Assembly: GCA_944323485.1 (NCBI GenBank)
Contig: CALUSR010000001.1
Location: 66,437-130,436 of the forward strand
Reading direction: 5' to 3'
Length of the DNA: 64,000 bases
DNA from: Candidatus Gastranaerophilales bacterium
GTDB lineage: Bacteria; Cyanobacteriota; Vampirovibrionia; Gastranaerophilales; CAJFVJ01
Below, in pieces: positions 28,080-36,688 of this stretch. Under the pieces are notes generated by a model. That model was given only the letters and a program-made list of their open reading frames with translations. It did no database searches and was not told where the DNA came from. Numbering within the stretch: position 1 is the stretch's first letter; each line of letters begins with the position of its first letter. A program made the position numbers and the translations under genes.

Positions 28080-29739
28080 TTTTTATAAGTTTTTCACTAT
28101 CCACCTTAAATTCTTTTGGTAAGAAGTTCAAAAAACTTTTTACTGAATATATATTATTAATTAACCCTTTAAATTTATAGTTTTCGTCCAATATATAACC
28201 TGAAAATTCATCAATTAATTTATATACATAGCCTTTATATTTATCTTTATACAAAATACCTATTTTTTTAGGAATATTATGTTCTAGATAACATATAAAT
28301 AAAGGCGAGTTTTTTGTAACATTAAAACTTGGTTTAAGATTTAAATAATTAAATTTATTAGAATAATTACCATCTTTTTTTCTTTTGTATACAATTTCAG
28401 AAGTTAAAGCATCTGTAACATATACGAAACTCGTTTCAATTTTTTGAAAGCCAATACAAACTTTATTTAATTTACATTCATAACAAGCTAATGGATTTTG
28501 TTTTCTGAATTCACCATTACCATTGGTTCCATACCTTTGACACCATAATAATTCCATATATTCTCTTATATTTGTTTTATTTGCTTGACTAGTTAACCAT
28601 ATTAGCCGTTCTAATTTTCCTAAATTATTAAATTGGTTAAAAAAATCATCTTTATTATCTATACCAAGAGCAAATCTATAAAATGTATCAATCCAAGTAT
28701 CAATAGGTATGACATTTGAATTTGCAAAGCCCTGTTGTATGAAACACGCTACTACTTTTTCAGAACATCCCTTTATTCCTGCATTATAAAATTTTTCAAA
28801 AAATACTTTATTCCATAAATTATAATCTGTATTCATAATAGTCATGATTGACCATATAAAGAAACAAGCACGCCACGAAAATCGATTAAAAGCATCGATT
28901 AAAAGCTCAATTTGATATTTATCTCCATTATTAAAGTCTATATTTGTGTCTTTGACCCAAGGTACTAACTTACTTTTTGTAAATTTTTCTTTATTTTGTT
29001 CCCAAGCATGTGGAATAGCTTTAAAAACAATGTCATCTATTTTTACTATTTGTGTATAATCTAATTTCCAAACTTTATACATAGACTTATATAAAGTTTC
29101 AAATTTAGAAAATTTTGTAAAATTTTGTTCTCTTACATCTTTATATATAGGCAATAAATAAAATTCTAAAAAATTCCATTGAGGAATTTCTTTATTATCT
29201 ATAGAAATTTTTTCACCAAAAGTACTTAAAAAATTATAAAGCATGCGCATTTCACTTTGCCTGCCTGTTTTAGGGCTAAATGCTGCAACAAAACGAATTA
29301 TTGAATATATCTCCTCATAAAAACGTCCAAAAGGTAATATATTTCCATATATGTTTGAACAAATATCAAATAAACTTGATAAAAAAGATTTATATTTTTG
29401 TGGAGATGCATCTATTATGTCTTGTTTTGTAACAGGATCAGATATTCCTATTCTATTTTTTAATTCTGTTCTTACAATTTCCCTAAATTTTGAATTTTCA
29501 GAAGCATTCAAATTTATATTGCTATAAAATAGAAAAATTACATTACAGGTTCCATTATTTTTATATTTTTGAGCTTTCATAGTTACAGGAAAACCATATA
29601 TTCTGGTATTATCTATAATTGTATGTACATATACAATTGGAAATCCTGGTAAATCAGGATAAAATAATTCTATTTTTGGTAACCATTTGACAGGGACGTT
29701 GTCAATCTCTATTTCGCTTGAATATTTGATTTTTTCCAT
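28060..29739 (-). CDS. 559-aa protein with an HhH-GPD/FeS-cluster-loop DNA glycosylase-like domain
   Basis: AGIKGCSEKVVACFIQQGFANSNVIPIDTWIDTFYRFALGI parallels the EndoIII sequence LPGVGRKTANVVLNTAFG...VDTHIFRV. LLWCQRYG...NPLACYECKLNKVC parallels LHGRYTC...PRCGSCIIEDLC. It converges on and overlaps the second MTase gene by 20 nt. Confidence 0.4.
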   Translation of the reverse strand: MEKIKYSSEIEIDNVPVKWLPKIELFYPDLPGFPIVYVHTIIDNTRIYGFPVTMKAQKYKNNGTCNVIFLFYSNINLNASENSKFREIVRTELKNRIGISDPVTKQDIIDASPQKYKSFLSSLFDICSNIYGNILPFGRFYEEIYSIIRFVAAFSPKTGRQSEMRMLYNFLSTFGEKISIDNKEIPQWNFLEFYLLPIYKDVREQNFTKFSKFETLYKSMYKVWKLDYTQIVKIDDIVFKAIPHAWEQNKEKFTKSKLVPWVKDTNIDFNNGDKYQIELLIDAFNRFSWRACFFIWSIMTIMNTDYNLWNKVFFEKFYNAGIKGCSEKVVACFIQQGFANSNVIPIDTWIDTFYRFALGIDNKDDFFNQFNNLGKLERLIWLTSQANKTNIREYMELLWCQRYGTNGNGEFRKQNPLACYECKLNKVCIGFQKIETSFVYVTDALTSEIVYKRKKDGNYSNKFNYLNLKPSFNVTKNSPLFICYLEHNIPKKIGILYKDKYKGYVYKLIDEFSGYILDENYKFKGLINNIYSVKSFLNFLPKEFKVDSEKLIKTNLAQD

Positions 29740-29790
29740 AATAGAATTCTACCATAAATTTTTAGTATAATAATTTTGGGGAGATTTCTT

Positions 29791-30135
29791 ATGGATATTG
29801 AATTTTTAAAAGAAAAAACAGTACAATTCAGAGATGCAAGAGATTGGAAGCAATTCCATACCCCTAAAAATCTAGCAATGGCATTATCTGTTGAAGCCTC
29901 AGAATTAGTTGAATTATTTTTGTGGGATGACAATACCAGTTCTTTTAGTATGACAAGAACTAAAAATGAACAACTGCAAGAAGAAATGGCAGATGTATTA
30001 ATATATCTTTTATCAATGTCGGATATTCTTGATATAGATTTATCTAAAGCCGTATTAGACAAATTAGAAAAAAATAATAAAAAATATCCTGTTGAAAAAT
30101 CAAAAGGATCTTGTAAAAAATATACAGAACTATAA
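29791..30135 (+). CDS. MazG-like nucleoside triphosphate pyrophosphohydrolase
   Basis: The ATG at 29791 has a GGGGAG SD. FRDARDWKQFHTPKNLAMALSVEASELVELF and EEMADVLIYL are typical MazG/dCTPase-like motifs. Confidence 0.75.
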   Translation: MDIEFLKEKTVQFRDARDWKQFHTPKNLAMALSVEASELVELFLWDDNTSSFSMTRTKNEQLQEEMADVLIYLLSMSDILDIDLSKAVLDKLEKNNKKYPVEKSKGSCKKYTEL

Positions 30136-30288
30136 TGATGTTTAAATATATTTTGATTTTGAGTAATGAATTACCATCCGAAAAAAGAATTAGACTGAAT
30201 AAGTGTGAAAAATATCGGATTAAAAAAGTTATTTAAATAGTATTCAAAATAAAATTATGTTTTAATGATACGTTTTACATGTAATCTC

Positions 30289-30316
30289 TTGATATTTATG
30301 TGCTTGAGAGTAATAT
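30289..30316 (+). promoter_or_regulatory. candidate sigma70-type promoter
   Basis: TTGATA, a 16-nt spacer, then TAATAT, upstream of the small-ORF cluster. Confidence 0.3.
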
Positions 30317-30335
30317 ATGTCATTGCCGATAAGAG

Positions 30336-30560
30336 GTGGCAATGATTGAGTTAGGCAAAAAATATAAACTTAAAAAGATTAAAGATTTTAGAAACTCTGA
30401 TAATGCATATTTCAAAGTAATTAGTTTATACAACTTTGACACTGTAATCTGCGAAAACGATTACGGAGAAAGATTTGTATTTATGAAAGAGTTTTTAACT
30501 GATTCAAATATGCCTGATGAAACTTATTCAGATTTAATGCTTGAAAGGAAAGAATCATGA
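30336..30560 (+). CDS. hypothetical small protein
   Basis: 74-aa ORF (GTG; alternative ATG at 30342). Its stop overlaps the next start (ATGA). Confidence 0.35.
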   Translation: MAMIELGKKYKLKKIKDFRNSDNAYFKVISLYNFDTVICENDYGERFVFMKEFLTDSNMPDETYSDLMLERKES

Positions 30561-30763
30561 CGAAAAAAGATTATGCACTTTACGGTACAAAGATTTTAAA
30601 CCACAAGACAGGTGAAATCGGATTATTAATTAAAACTTGGAAAAACAAGTATGCCGATGCAGAAATTGATTATGCAACTTGTGTTGATAAGCTCGGCAAA
30701 CGCTACAATATCAAACTTGATGAGATTTTACCGTTGGAGGAAACTGATGATTTTGAAAAATAA
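30557..30763 (+). CDS. hypothetical small protein
   Basis: 68-aa ORF, translationally coupled to the upstream ORF. Confidence 0.35.
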   Translation: MTKKDYALYGTKILNHKTGEIGLLIKTWKNKYADAEIDYATCVDKLGKRYNIKLDEILPLEETDDFEK

Positions 30764-30987
30764 ATTAACAAGAGAAACCATAGAAATAACTTATCCTGAA
30801 TTTAGAAAAAAGTTTGCAAAAGAGATAAGTACAGCTTTTGAAAGTTATTGAAGAACACAACTAAATAAATATTCTTATAATTTCAAAGATGATAATTCAA
30901 TGGAATACAACTTTTATTTTCAATTACAGTGGAATTTCAATCATTTTGGGAATTCTGTCTGGTATATAGAAAGGCTATGAGGGAAAA

Positions 30988-31194
30988 ATGAAAAAATATT
31001 ACTTAGAAGATAAAGAATTTCAATTTCTGTACGCTAAAAGCAAAAGAATTTACCATTCGTTGGTTGTAATAGATTATTTTTGCAGTAACTATAATGAAAT
31101 AGAAGAAATTGCGAATATATCGGGTATAATTAATTTCATAAAAAATGAAGCAGATATGCTATATTCAAAAATGATTAATTGTGAGCTTGATTAA
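30988..31194 (+). CDS. hypothetical small protein
   Basis: 68-aa ORF with a GAGGGAAAA SD. Confidence 0.35.
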   Translation: MKKYYLEDKEFQFLYAKSKRIYHSLVVIDYFCSNYNEIEEIANISGIINFIKNEADMLYSKMINCELD

Positions 31195-31319
31195 ACCCCG
31201 TTCAAAAAGTGTTCAAAAGGCTCTGTATTGAATTTATTTTAAAAATACAAGGGATTTTATTATAAAATAAAAATAGCCTGCTTAAATTTGGTTTAAACGA
31301 GGCTATTTGATAGAAGGTT

Positions 31320-31940
31320 TTATACATCTTGTAATCTTGATATCCTGCGAACTTCATATTCCGGAATTTGGTATTTTTCTCTTATGTCATCTTCGTAATT
31401 TATATAAAGGTCATAGAGTTTGTAGTTAAAAAATGATTTATCGCTATTTAGACAAGGTATTCTTTTTATGTCTTTATAACTTATTGCAGGAACATAAGAT
31501 TTATCTGAGCCTTGCAACATAAATTCCAAAAGGATATATCTGGTTATAACTTCCGCAAATTTTGGAGCTATCTCCATATATTCTTTAGCAACTGTTTTCA
31601 TTATTGATTTGATATAATCTTGAAACGCTTCTTGTTTCTTTACTCTGGCATTATATATATTTATTTGCAGGCTTTTCTTTTTATTATCTACACCTTTAAT
31701 TAAATCTTGATTAACCTCTATTTCTTCTTCAATTTTCTTTAGTCTTTTATTGATTTTAGAAACATCTTTCCCTTCTGCAAGTAAAGCAGGACGCTCCTCT
31801 TTTAGTTTTACGATTTCATCTTGCAGGGTTTTGATTTTATCTTGTGCTTGCTCCTTTCTTTCATCCATTGCTTTTATTTCGCCAAAAAATTTTCTGCATT
31901 CCGAAAATACTCTTTCCATTTTTTCCTTTGCATCTGTCAT
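31320..31940 (-). CDS. coiled-coil protein, unknown function (transposon module)
   Basis: 206 aa. The N-terminal half is a heptad-rich Lys/Glu coiled coil. It is the last gene of the minus-strand transposition block. Confidence 0.45.
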   Translation of the reverse strand: MTDAKEKMERVFSECRKFFGEIKAMDERKEQAQDKIKTLQDEIVKLKEERPALLAEGKDVSKINKRLKKIEEEIEVNQDLIKGVDNKKKSLQINIYNARVKKQEAFQDYIKSIMKTVAKEYMEIAPKFAEVITRYILLEFMLQGSDKSYVPAISYKDIKRIPCLNSDKSFFNYKLYDLYINYEDDIREKYQIPEYEVRRISRLQDV

Positions 31941-31955
31941 ATAAGCTCCTTTCTT

Positions 31956-32156
31956 TTACTTTAAATTTCTGTAATTAACACCAAGCTCATAAAATATGAA
32001 AATTTCAAAATCTCTGTTATATCTTTCTCCATTTATGAGTCTTGTAATGTATGACTCCGACATTTTTAACTTCTTAGATAAAGCTTTTTGAGTAATTCTT
32101 TTATATGCCAAGGCTCTTTTAATATTTTCCATTCTTTTCTTAAGAAACATCAGCAA
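31956..32156 (-). CDS. XRE/Ner-like helix-turn-helix protein
   Basis: 66 aa. ITQKALSKKLKMSESYITRLINGE HTH. Confidence 0.55.
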   Translation of the reverse strand: MLMFLKKRMENIKRALAYKRITQKALSKKLKMSESYITRLINGERYNRDFEIFIFYELGVNYRNLK

Positions 32157-32161
32157 ACTCC

Positions 32162-32836
32162 TTAATTAAACACTATTCTGTTTAAACTGAATTCGTTTCT
32201 CGGAGTAAGTCTTTTAACTTGAAAACTAAAACTGTTATTTGTAAAACCTTTATGATTTGCATAACTTAGCACTTGTTTTAATAAAGCCATTGTATTTTTA
32301 AATCTTCTCGGACTTAAATCCTTTTCTTCGCAATATCTAAAAAAGTCTTTTATAACAGAATCATCAATTTCTTCAGGTCTTTTTGTTTTGAAGTACGGTA
32401 AAATATGGTTCTTTAATAATGAGCGATAAGTTTGTATGGTACTTGGAGTGCAAAATTTTGCAGCATATTTTTCAAGAAAATTGTTTATAATTTCATAAAA
32501 AGAAAAATTTTCGCTTAGTTCATTATGTGGTACAAAAAATCCGTAATTTTTAGGCTTGTCGGACTTTTCTTTTTTCTCTTTTTCTTTCTGTTTTTGTTTA
32601 AATTTATCATATTCGCTTCCTTCAATAAAAGGTTTTACACGTGTTGTTTTAGGCGGTTCAAAGTTTTCAAAATCTTTGATAAAAAGATAGCCTTGTGTAT
32701 CTTTTTTAATCACGTTTTCTGTAATCAATTGTTCAAGAAGTTGGTTTAATTCTTCTTTTGGCATTTCTGCAAGCATAAAAATTTCATTGTAAGTAAAAGC
32801 TTTTAATTTTCTTGCAAGATAAATAAGTTTTTCCAT
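32162..32836 (-). CDS. DNA-binding protein: winged-helix N-terminus plus integrase-type SAM-like core-binding domain, no catalytic domain
   Basis: 224 aa. Lys-rich linker. The C-terminal TIQTYRSLLKNHILPYF...IKDFFRYCEEKDLSPRRFKNTMALLKQVLSYA resembles the N-terminal SAM-like domain of tyrosine recombinases. Confidence 0.45.
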   Translation of the reverse strand: MEKLIYLARKLKAFTYNEIFMLAEMPKEELNQLLEQLITENVIKKDTQGYLFIKDFENFEPPKTTRVKPFIEGSEYDKFKQKQKEKEKKEKSDKPKNYGFFVPHNELSENFSFYEIINNFLEKYAAKFCTPSTIQTYRSLLKNHILPYFKTKRPEEIDDSVIKDFFRYCEEKDLSPRRFKNTMALLKQVLSYANHKGFTNNSFSFQVKRLTPRNEFSLNRIVFN

Positions 32837-32848
32837 TTGTTCTCCTTT

Positions 32849-33538
32849 CTATTTCAATAAAAACCGCATATCTTTTAAGGTTATAATTGATAAATCATTT
32901 GCTTTGGCATAATTTTCGGCTTTATCTATAATCTTAACTATCTGTCGAAATCTGTTTTCCGTATTTTGTATGTGTTCTATAGCGGAATTATCAAATTTAA
33001 TTTCTGATAGCTCATTGATAAGATTTTTTGTGTCTTCAACCGAAAATTTTTGAAACTGTAATATCTCGGATAACCTGTCATACAAATGCTTATAGCGTTT
33101 TATTTTTTTATCAGCATAACTCATACCGATTAGAATAATAGGTGTATGTGTTCTGTCATGGATATCTCGGAGCATTTCAATTGTTGATTTTTCTTGGGTT
33201 AAATAATCAATTTCATCAACAATAATTAATCGTGGTCTTTTAATCAATTCACGTGTTATTTGTTCAAATATGTCCGCTGTTCTATAAAAAGGACTATCGC
33301 CGAGTTCTTTTACTATTTCTTCCAGCAGCCATTTTGTTGACATAGATTGTTTTGCACTCACAAATATCGCATCATCTTGGTGATTTGATACCCACCAAAT
33401 AGCAGCTCGAGATTTTCCAAGACCTGGCTCTCCATATATTAATGCCATCCCAGGTACACCTTGTGCTCTGTTTTGCAGGTTATTTATGGTGCTGATAAAA
33501 TTTTTCACGTTCTTTGTATTAACAAATACAGGCTTCAT
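32849..33538 (-). CDS. AAA+ transposition ATPase (MuB/TniB/TnsC-like)
   Basis: Start at the ATG at 33538 (AAAGGAG SD). Walker A GEPGLGKS and Walker B LIIVDEID. Located immediately downstream of the transposase. Confidence 0.75.
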   Translation of the reverse strand: MKPVFVNTKNVKNFISTINNLQNRAQGVPGMALIYGEPGLGKSRAAIWWVSNHQDDAIFVSAKQSMSTKWLLEEIVKELGDSPFYRTADIFEQITRELIKRPRLIIVDEIDYLTQEKSTIEMLRDIHDRTHTPIILIGMSYADKKIKRYKHLYDRLSEILQFQKFSVEDTKNLINELSEIKFDNSAIEHIQNTENRFRQIVKIIDKAENYAKANDLSIITLKDMRFLLK

Positions 33539-35498
33539 TCTTCTCCTTTCTATAAATTTGTTTATATTCTTCACTTAATTCGTATTCTTTAAACCAAGTG
33601 ACATCCTTGTCATTTTCAAATCCGTTTTGCAAATGCCATTCGTAGCGTTGGTACTTAAATTCAAAATTTGGTCTGCCATCTGTTGGTTCTGGATCTATAT
33701 TTCTTGTTATTTTAGGTTGTTGAACCGTTTCAATTTTAGGTATTTCTTGCCAATCCAATGTTTTAATATTTTGGGATTTAAGATAATTTTTCAGTTCTTT
33801 TACGGTTTGTTTTTCCAAACGTTTTTGTTGTCGCAGTTTAAATTTCAATTCTTCCTGATCTTTGATATCTCCTAAATAATTTGCCATAGGGTGAATTGGT
33901 ATAACTCTTTGAGCTTCGCAAATAAATTCATTTTTAAGTGTATAAATTTTTATTTTTGTTAAGTCAGATAAGCTGTATTTAATAATTACTCTGCCTTTTA
34001 AACCGTATAAACAATCATTGTAATAATCAGCTTTTAAAAACCTGATTCCGTTTCTTTGTATATTTTTAATTTCACAACTCAGCATTAAATCATCAAGTTT
34101 TTCTAAATCAACACCACTCCCTTTTCCTTCTTCAAGAACTTCGCCAATGGTTTTGCCTTTTACATTAGGGCATTTAAGAGTGCGGTGAAAACGCATGTAT
34201 GCTTCCAACATTTGTGACAGTTCTTCTATCGTAGGTATAAATTGAATATGGTGTTCTTTATGGAATTTCTCATTCCTTTTCATATATGCAGGTTGGTCTT
34301 TTATTGACGAACCGACAAAAGAAGGTAATAACCTTTCAAACCCGTCTTGCAGTTCTCTGAAAAATCTTTCAATAACTTTTGCTCTTGCATTATAAGGTTG
34401 AGCAAAAACTGGTGTAATATCAAGTTTATTAAATAAGCCGTTAATACCGCTTTCGTGTAAATCTCCGGTGAAAAATTTAGCTCGAAAAGCTTTCCCGTTA
34501 TCCTGATAACAAATTTTAGGAATTTTTCCTAAATTAATAATAGAATTTCTTAAAGCTGAAGATATGGCTTGAGTGTTTTCTTCAAGCATAATTTCATAGC
34601 CAACCAAAGCTGTTGATTTCCAATCGAGATAACCGATTAAAGTCGGTCTGCATGGTCTTCCCGTAAACGGATTTAAACATTGAACAGATAATCTGTGACC
34701 GTCTGCTACTAAAACATCTCCGACTTCTAATTTTGAAATATCTCTTATTATGTATGGTTGAACTTTATCTCTTAAAGCTTTTTGTCCTTCTCTTGCAAGT
34801 ATCCATTTATCATAATTATTGCGTTTAAAATTCTCTGCATATCTTCTAAAATTTCTTTCACTGCTTGGAGATTCCAAACCTTTCTTTTCAAGTATATACT
34901 TGGCAAGTTTGGTTGCTTTACCTATATTTGTTTTATTAGGAGTTAATAATAAGGATTTGAAAACTAATTCTTCTTCATGAGTAAGTTGAGGATTAGATTC
35001 TTTTTCTCCATAATCATAATTTGGAATAAGCTTTGTATAGTCGTCATTTCCTTTGATAGCTTTATGCCATCTATAAATAGTTCCGATAGAGATTTTTCCT
35101 AAGATATTAAACAAATAAGAATATATTTTTCCGTCATTATAAATATCAATAAATTCTTTTCCTGCTTGAGTTTTATTCTCAGAAATTTTCTTATAATCAA
35201 CCCATAGATTTACTAAATCATATCGAGCTAAGGCAATTTGTCGAGCATGAGGAGGTGTAATAGAGTTTTTTCTCAAAACAGGTTCCCTATTTTTCTCAAT
35301 TTCACATTTACTTTTCTCAAAATCGATTAAATTTTGAGTCGTTTCATTTAATGCAGGAACAAATATTTCATACATCAAACCCTTCTTACCGTTGACTTGG
35401 CGAACAACATATTTATTATTAGCAACTCCTTTTCTGATAGCACGTGGAGTTACTCCTTGTATTCTTGCAAGTTCATTAACTGTCAACCAGTCTTTCAT
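33519..35498 (-). CDS. DDE transposase (Mu A/Tn552/TnsB-like, rve core)
   Basis: 659 aa. N-terminal HTH (LTVNELARIQGVTPRAIRK). DDE triad candidates in LVADGH, YQDNGKAF and KVIERFF. Confidence 0.8.
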   Translation of the reverse strand: MKDWLTVNELARIQGVTPRAIRKGVANNKYVVRQVNGKKGLMYEIFVPALNETTQNLIDFEKSKCEIEKNREPVLRKNSITPPHARQIALARYDLVNLWVDYKKISENKTQAGKEFIDIYNDGKIYSYLFNILGKISIGTIYRWHKAIKGNDDYTKLIPNYDYGEKESNPQLTHEEELVFKSLLLTPNKTNIGKATKLAKYILEKKGLESPSSERNFRRYAENFKRNNYDKWILAREGQKALRDKVQPYIIRDISKLEVGDVLVADGHRLSVQCLNPFTGRPCRPTLIGYLDWKSTALVGYEIMLEENTQAISSALRNSIINLGKIPKICYQDNGKAFRAKFFTGDLHESGINGLFNKLDITPVFAQPYNARAKVIERFFRELQDGFERLLPSFVGSSIKDQPAYMKRNEKFHKEHHIQFIPTIEELSQMLEAYMRFHRTLKCPNVKGKTIGEVLEEGKGSGVDLEKLDDLMLSCEIKNIQRNGIRFLKADYYNDCLYGLKGRVIIKYSLSDLTKIKIYTLKNEFICEAQRVIPIHPMANYLGDIKDQEELKFKLRQQKRLEKQTVKELKNYLKSQNIKTLDWQEIPKIETVQQPKITRNIDPEPTDGRPNFEFKYQRYEWHLQNGFENDKDVTWFKEYELSEEYKQIYRKEKNEACIC

Positions 35499-35723
35499 GT
35501 TATTCTCCTATTTTGGTATACAAAATTTGCACCATAAATCACACACAACATTAGCTCGAAAGTCCTTAATATTGGAGTTTTAAAGGTGTTTTATTTAATT
35601 TTCGTATCATAGATTTTATTAAACAAATGTAAATGCTTAAGTTGATTTTTAATAAAATTTATGATATATTTTACACAAAGTATAAAACATTAAATAAATT
35701 TTGTCAATCGATTAGGTTACCAA

Positions 35724-36248
35724 GTGAACGAAAACGAAAAAATTAAACAAATCAGAAAATCTTTAAATCTTACTCAACAGGAAATTGCAGACAGTATAGG
35801 AGTAAGTAAACAATATTTTAGCAGAGTAGAAAACGGAATAACCGAACTTAGTAAAGAAAAAGCTACTATGTTATGTAATAATTACGGAATTTCTCTTGAT
35901 TGGTTACTTTGTGATAAAGGTGGCATGTTTATAAACGATAATACGATTACAAACAACCTATTGAATGACACCGATAATATACAAGGTGTATCAAGTATAT
36001 TAGGTGCGTTTTCAACTTACTTGGAAGTAGTATTTCCAATTATAGAATCAGAACATCCGAAAGCTTTAATAAGAGATAAAATAAGAGCTACTCAAGAACT
36101 TTTCTTTAATGATTTATTTAAAAGTGATAGAGTTTTGAAAACTCGTAAAGAACTAAAAAGTATATTGGAAAAAGATTTTGCGGATAAAGAGAAAGTTTTA
36201 AATGCTTATTACAAAGCTTATGTAGAAAGATGTGAAAAAAATAATTAA
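35724..36248 (+). CDS. XRE-family repressor (Mu c-like position)
   Basis: 174 aa. LTQQEIADSIGVSKQYFSRVENG HTH. Divergent from the transposase and reading toward the element end, as the Mu c repressor does. Confidence 0.65.
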   Translation: MNENEKIKQIRKSLNLTQQEIADSIGVSKQYFSRVENGITELSKEKATMLCNNYGISLDWLLCDKGGMFINDNTITNNLLNDTDNIQGVSSILGAFSTYLEVVFPIIESEHPKALIRDKIRATQELFFNDLFKSDRVLKTRKELKSILEKDFADKEKVLNAYYKAYVERCEKNN

Positions 36249-36559
36249 TGTCTGTTTGTCTTGACAATTTAGATATTTTTTAAATTTTTTCTCTCTTTTT
36301 CTTCTGTTCTTCTCTATATTTTTGTATTTTTATAGGTAAAATCTGCCTCGAATTGCTATTTTGATTTTTATTTTTACTTGATTATTGACTTCAATTCGGT
36401 TCTTAAAATCGGAATGAGTTTGAAATTATAAAGGAACTTAGTTCCACCTTAAGTTCCCCCTTGACTTATTGTCTTTTATTAGGACTTTTGAAAAATATCC
36501 GAATTTAACCGTTATATTTAGCTTTCGTGCATAGCAAATTCCAAAATCAAAAATTTTTA

Positions 36560-36676
36560 AGGACAATGATGACCTAATAAAGTCCAATTTGCCCATTTTT
36601 TGTCAATTTTAAAAAATAGGCTCTATCTTAAACACGTTTTACCTTTCAGCCCCTGTTCCCTTATTATCATTGTCCT
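36560..36676. repeat. inverted 11-mers near the right end of the element
   Basis: AGGACAATGAT is at 36560-36570 and its exact reverse complement ATCATTGTCCT is at 36666-36676, 10 bp from the inferred terminus. Confidence 0.5.
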
Positions 36677-36688
36677 ATTAATTTATAT

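Larger units (their letters stand above)
21995..36686. mobile_element. 14.7-kb Mu/Tn552/Tn7-like transposon carrying restriction-modification and candidate defence cargo
   Basis: It interrupts the MmeI-like ORF. ATCAAG is present at both junctions (21989-21994 and 36687-36692). A DDE transposase, AAA+ ATPase and divergent repressor sit at the right end. The left end starts TGT and carries two tandem 22-23-bp repeats. Confidence 0.75.

Noticed and set aside
30651-30851. A 66-aa track ORF overlapping 30557..30763
   Set aside because: Its first half overlaps the better-supported coupled ORF in another frame. Only the distal part, from the ATG at 30747 (34 codons), might be real, and it is too short to support.
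32162-32836. A tyrosine recombinase/integrase
   Set aside because: Only the N-terminal SAM-like core-binding domain is present. There is no catalytic R-H-R-Y domain and no downstream remnant of one.
35291-35325. TTTTCTCAA repeats resembling the reverse complement of the left-end TTTGAGAAA motif
   Set aside because: They lie 1.4 kb inside the element within the transposase coding region, where Glu-Lys codons generate GAGAAA. They are most likely coincidental.
21995-36686. Interpretation as a complete Mu-like transposable prophage
   Set aside because: No portal, capsid, tail, terminase or lysis genes are present, and 14.7 kb is far too small. Only the early-region-like module (repressor, transposase, ATPase) is Mu-like.
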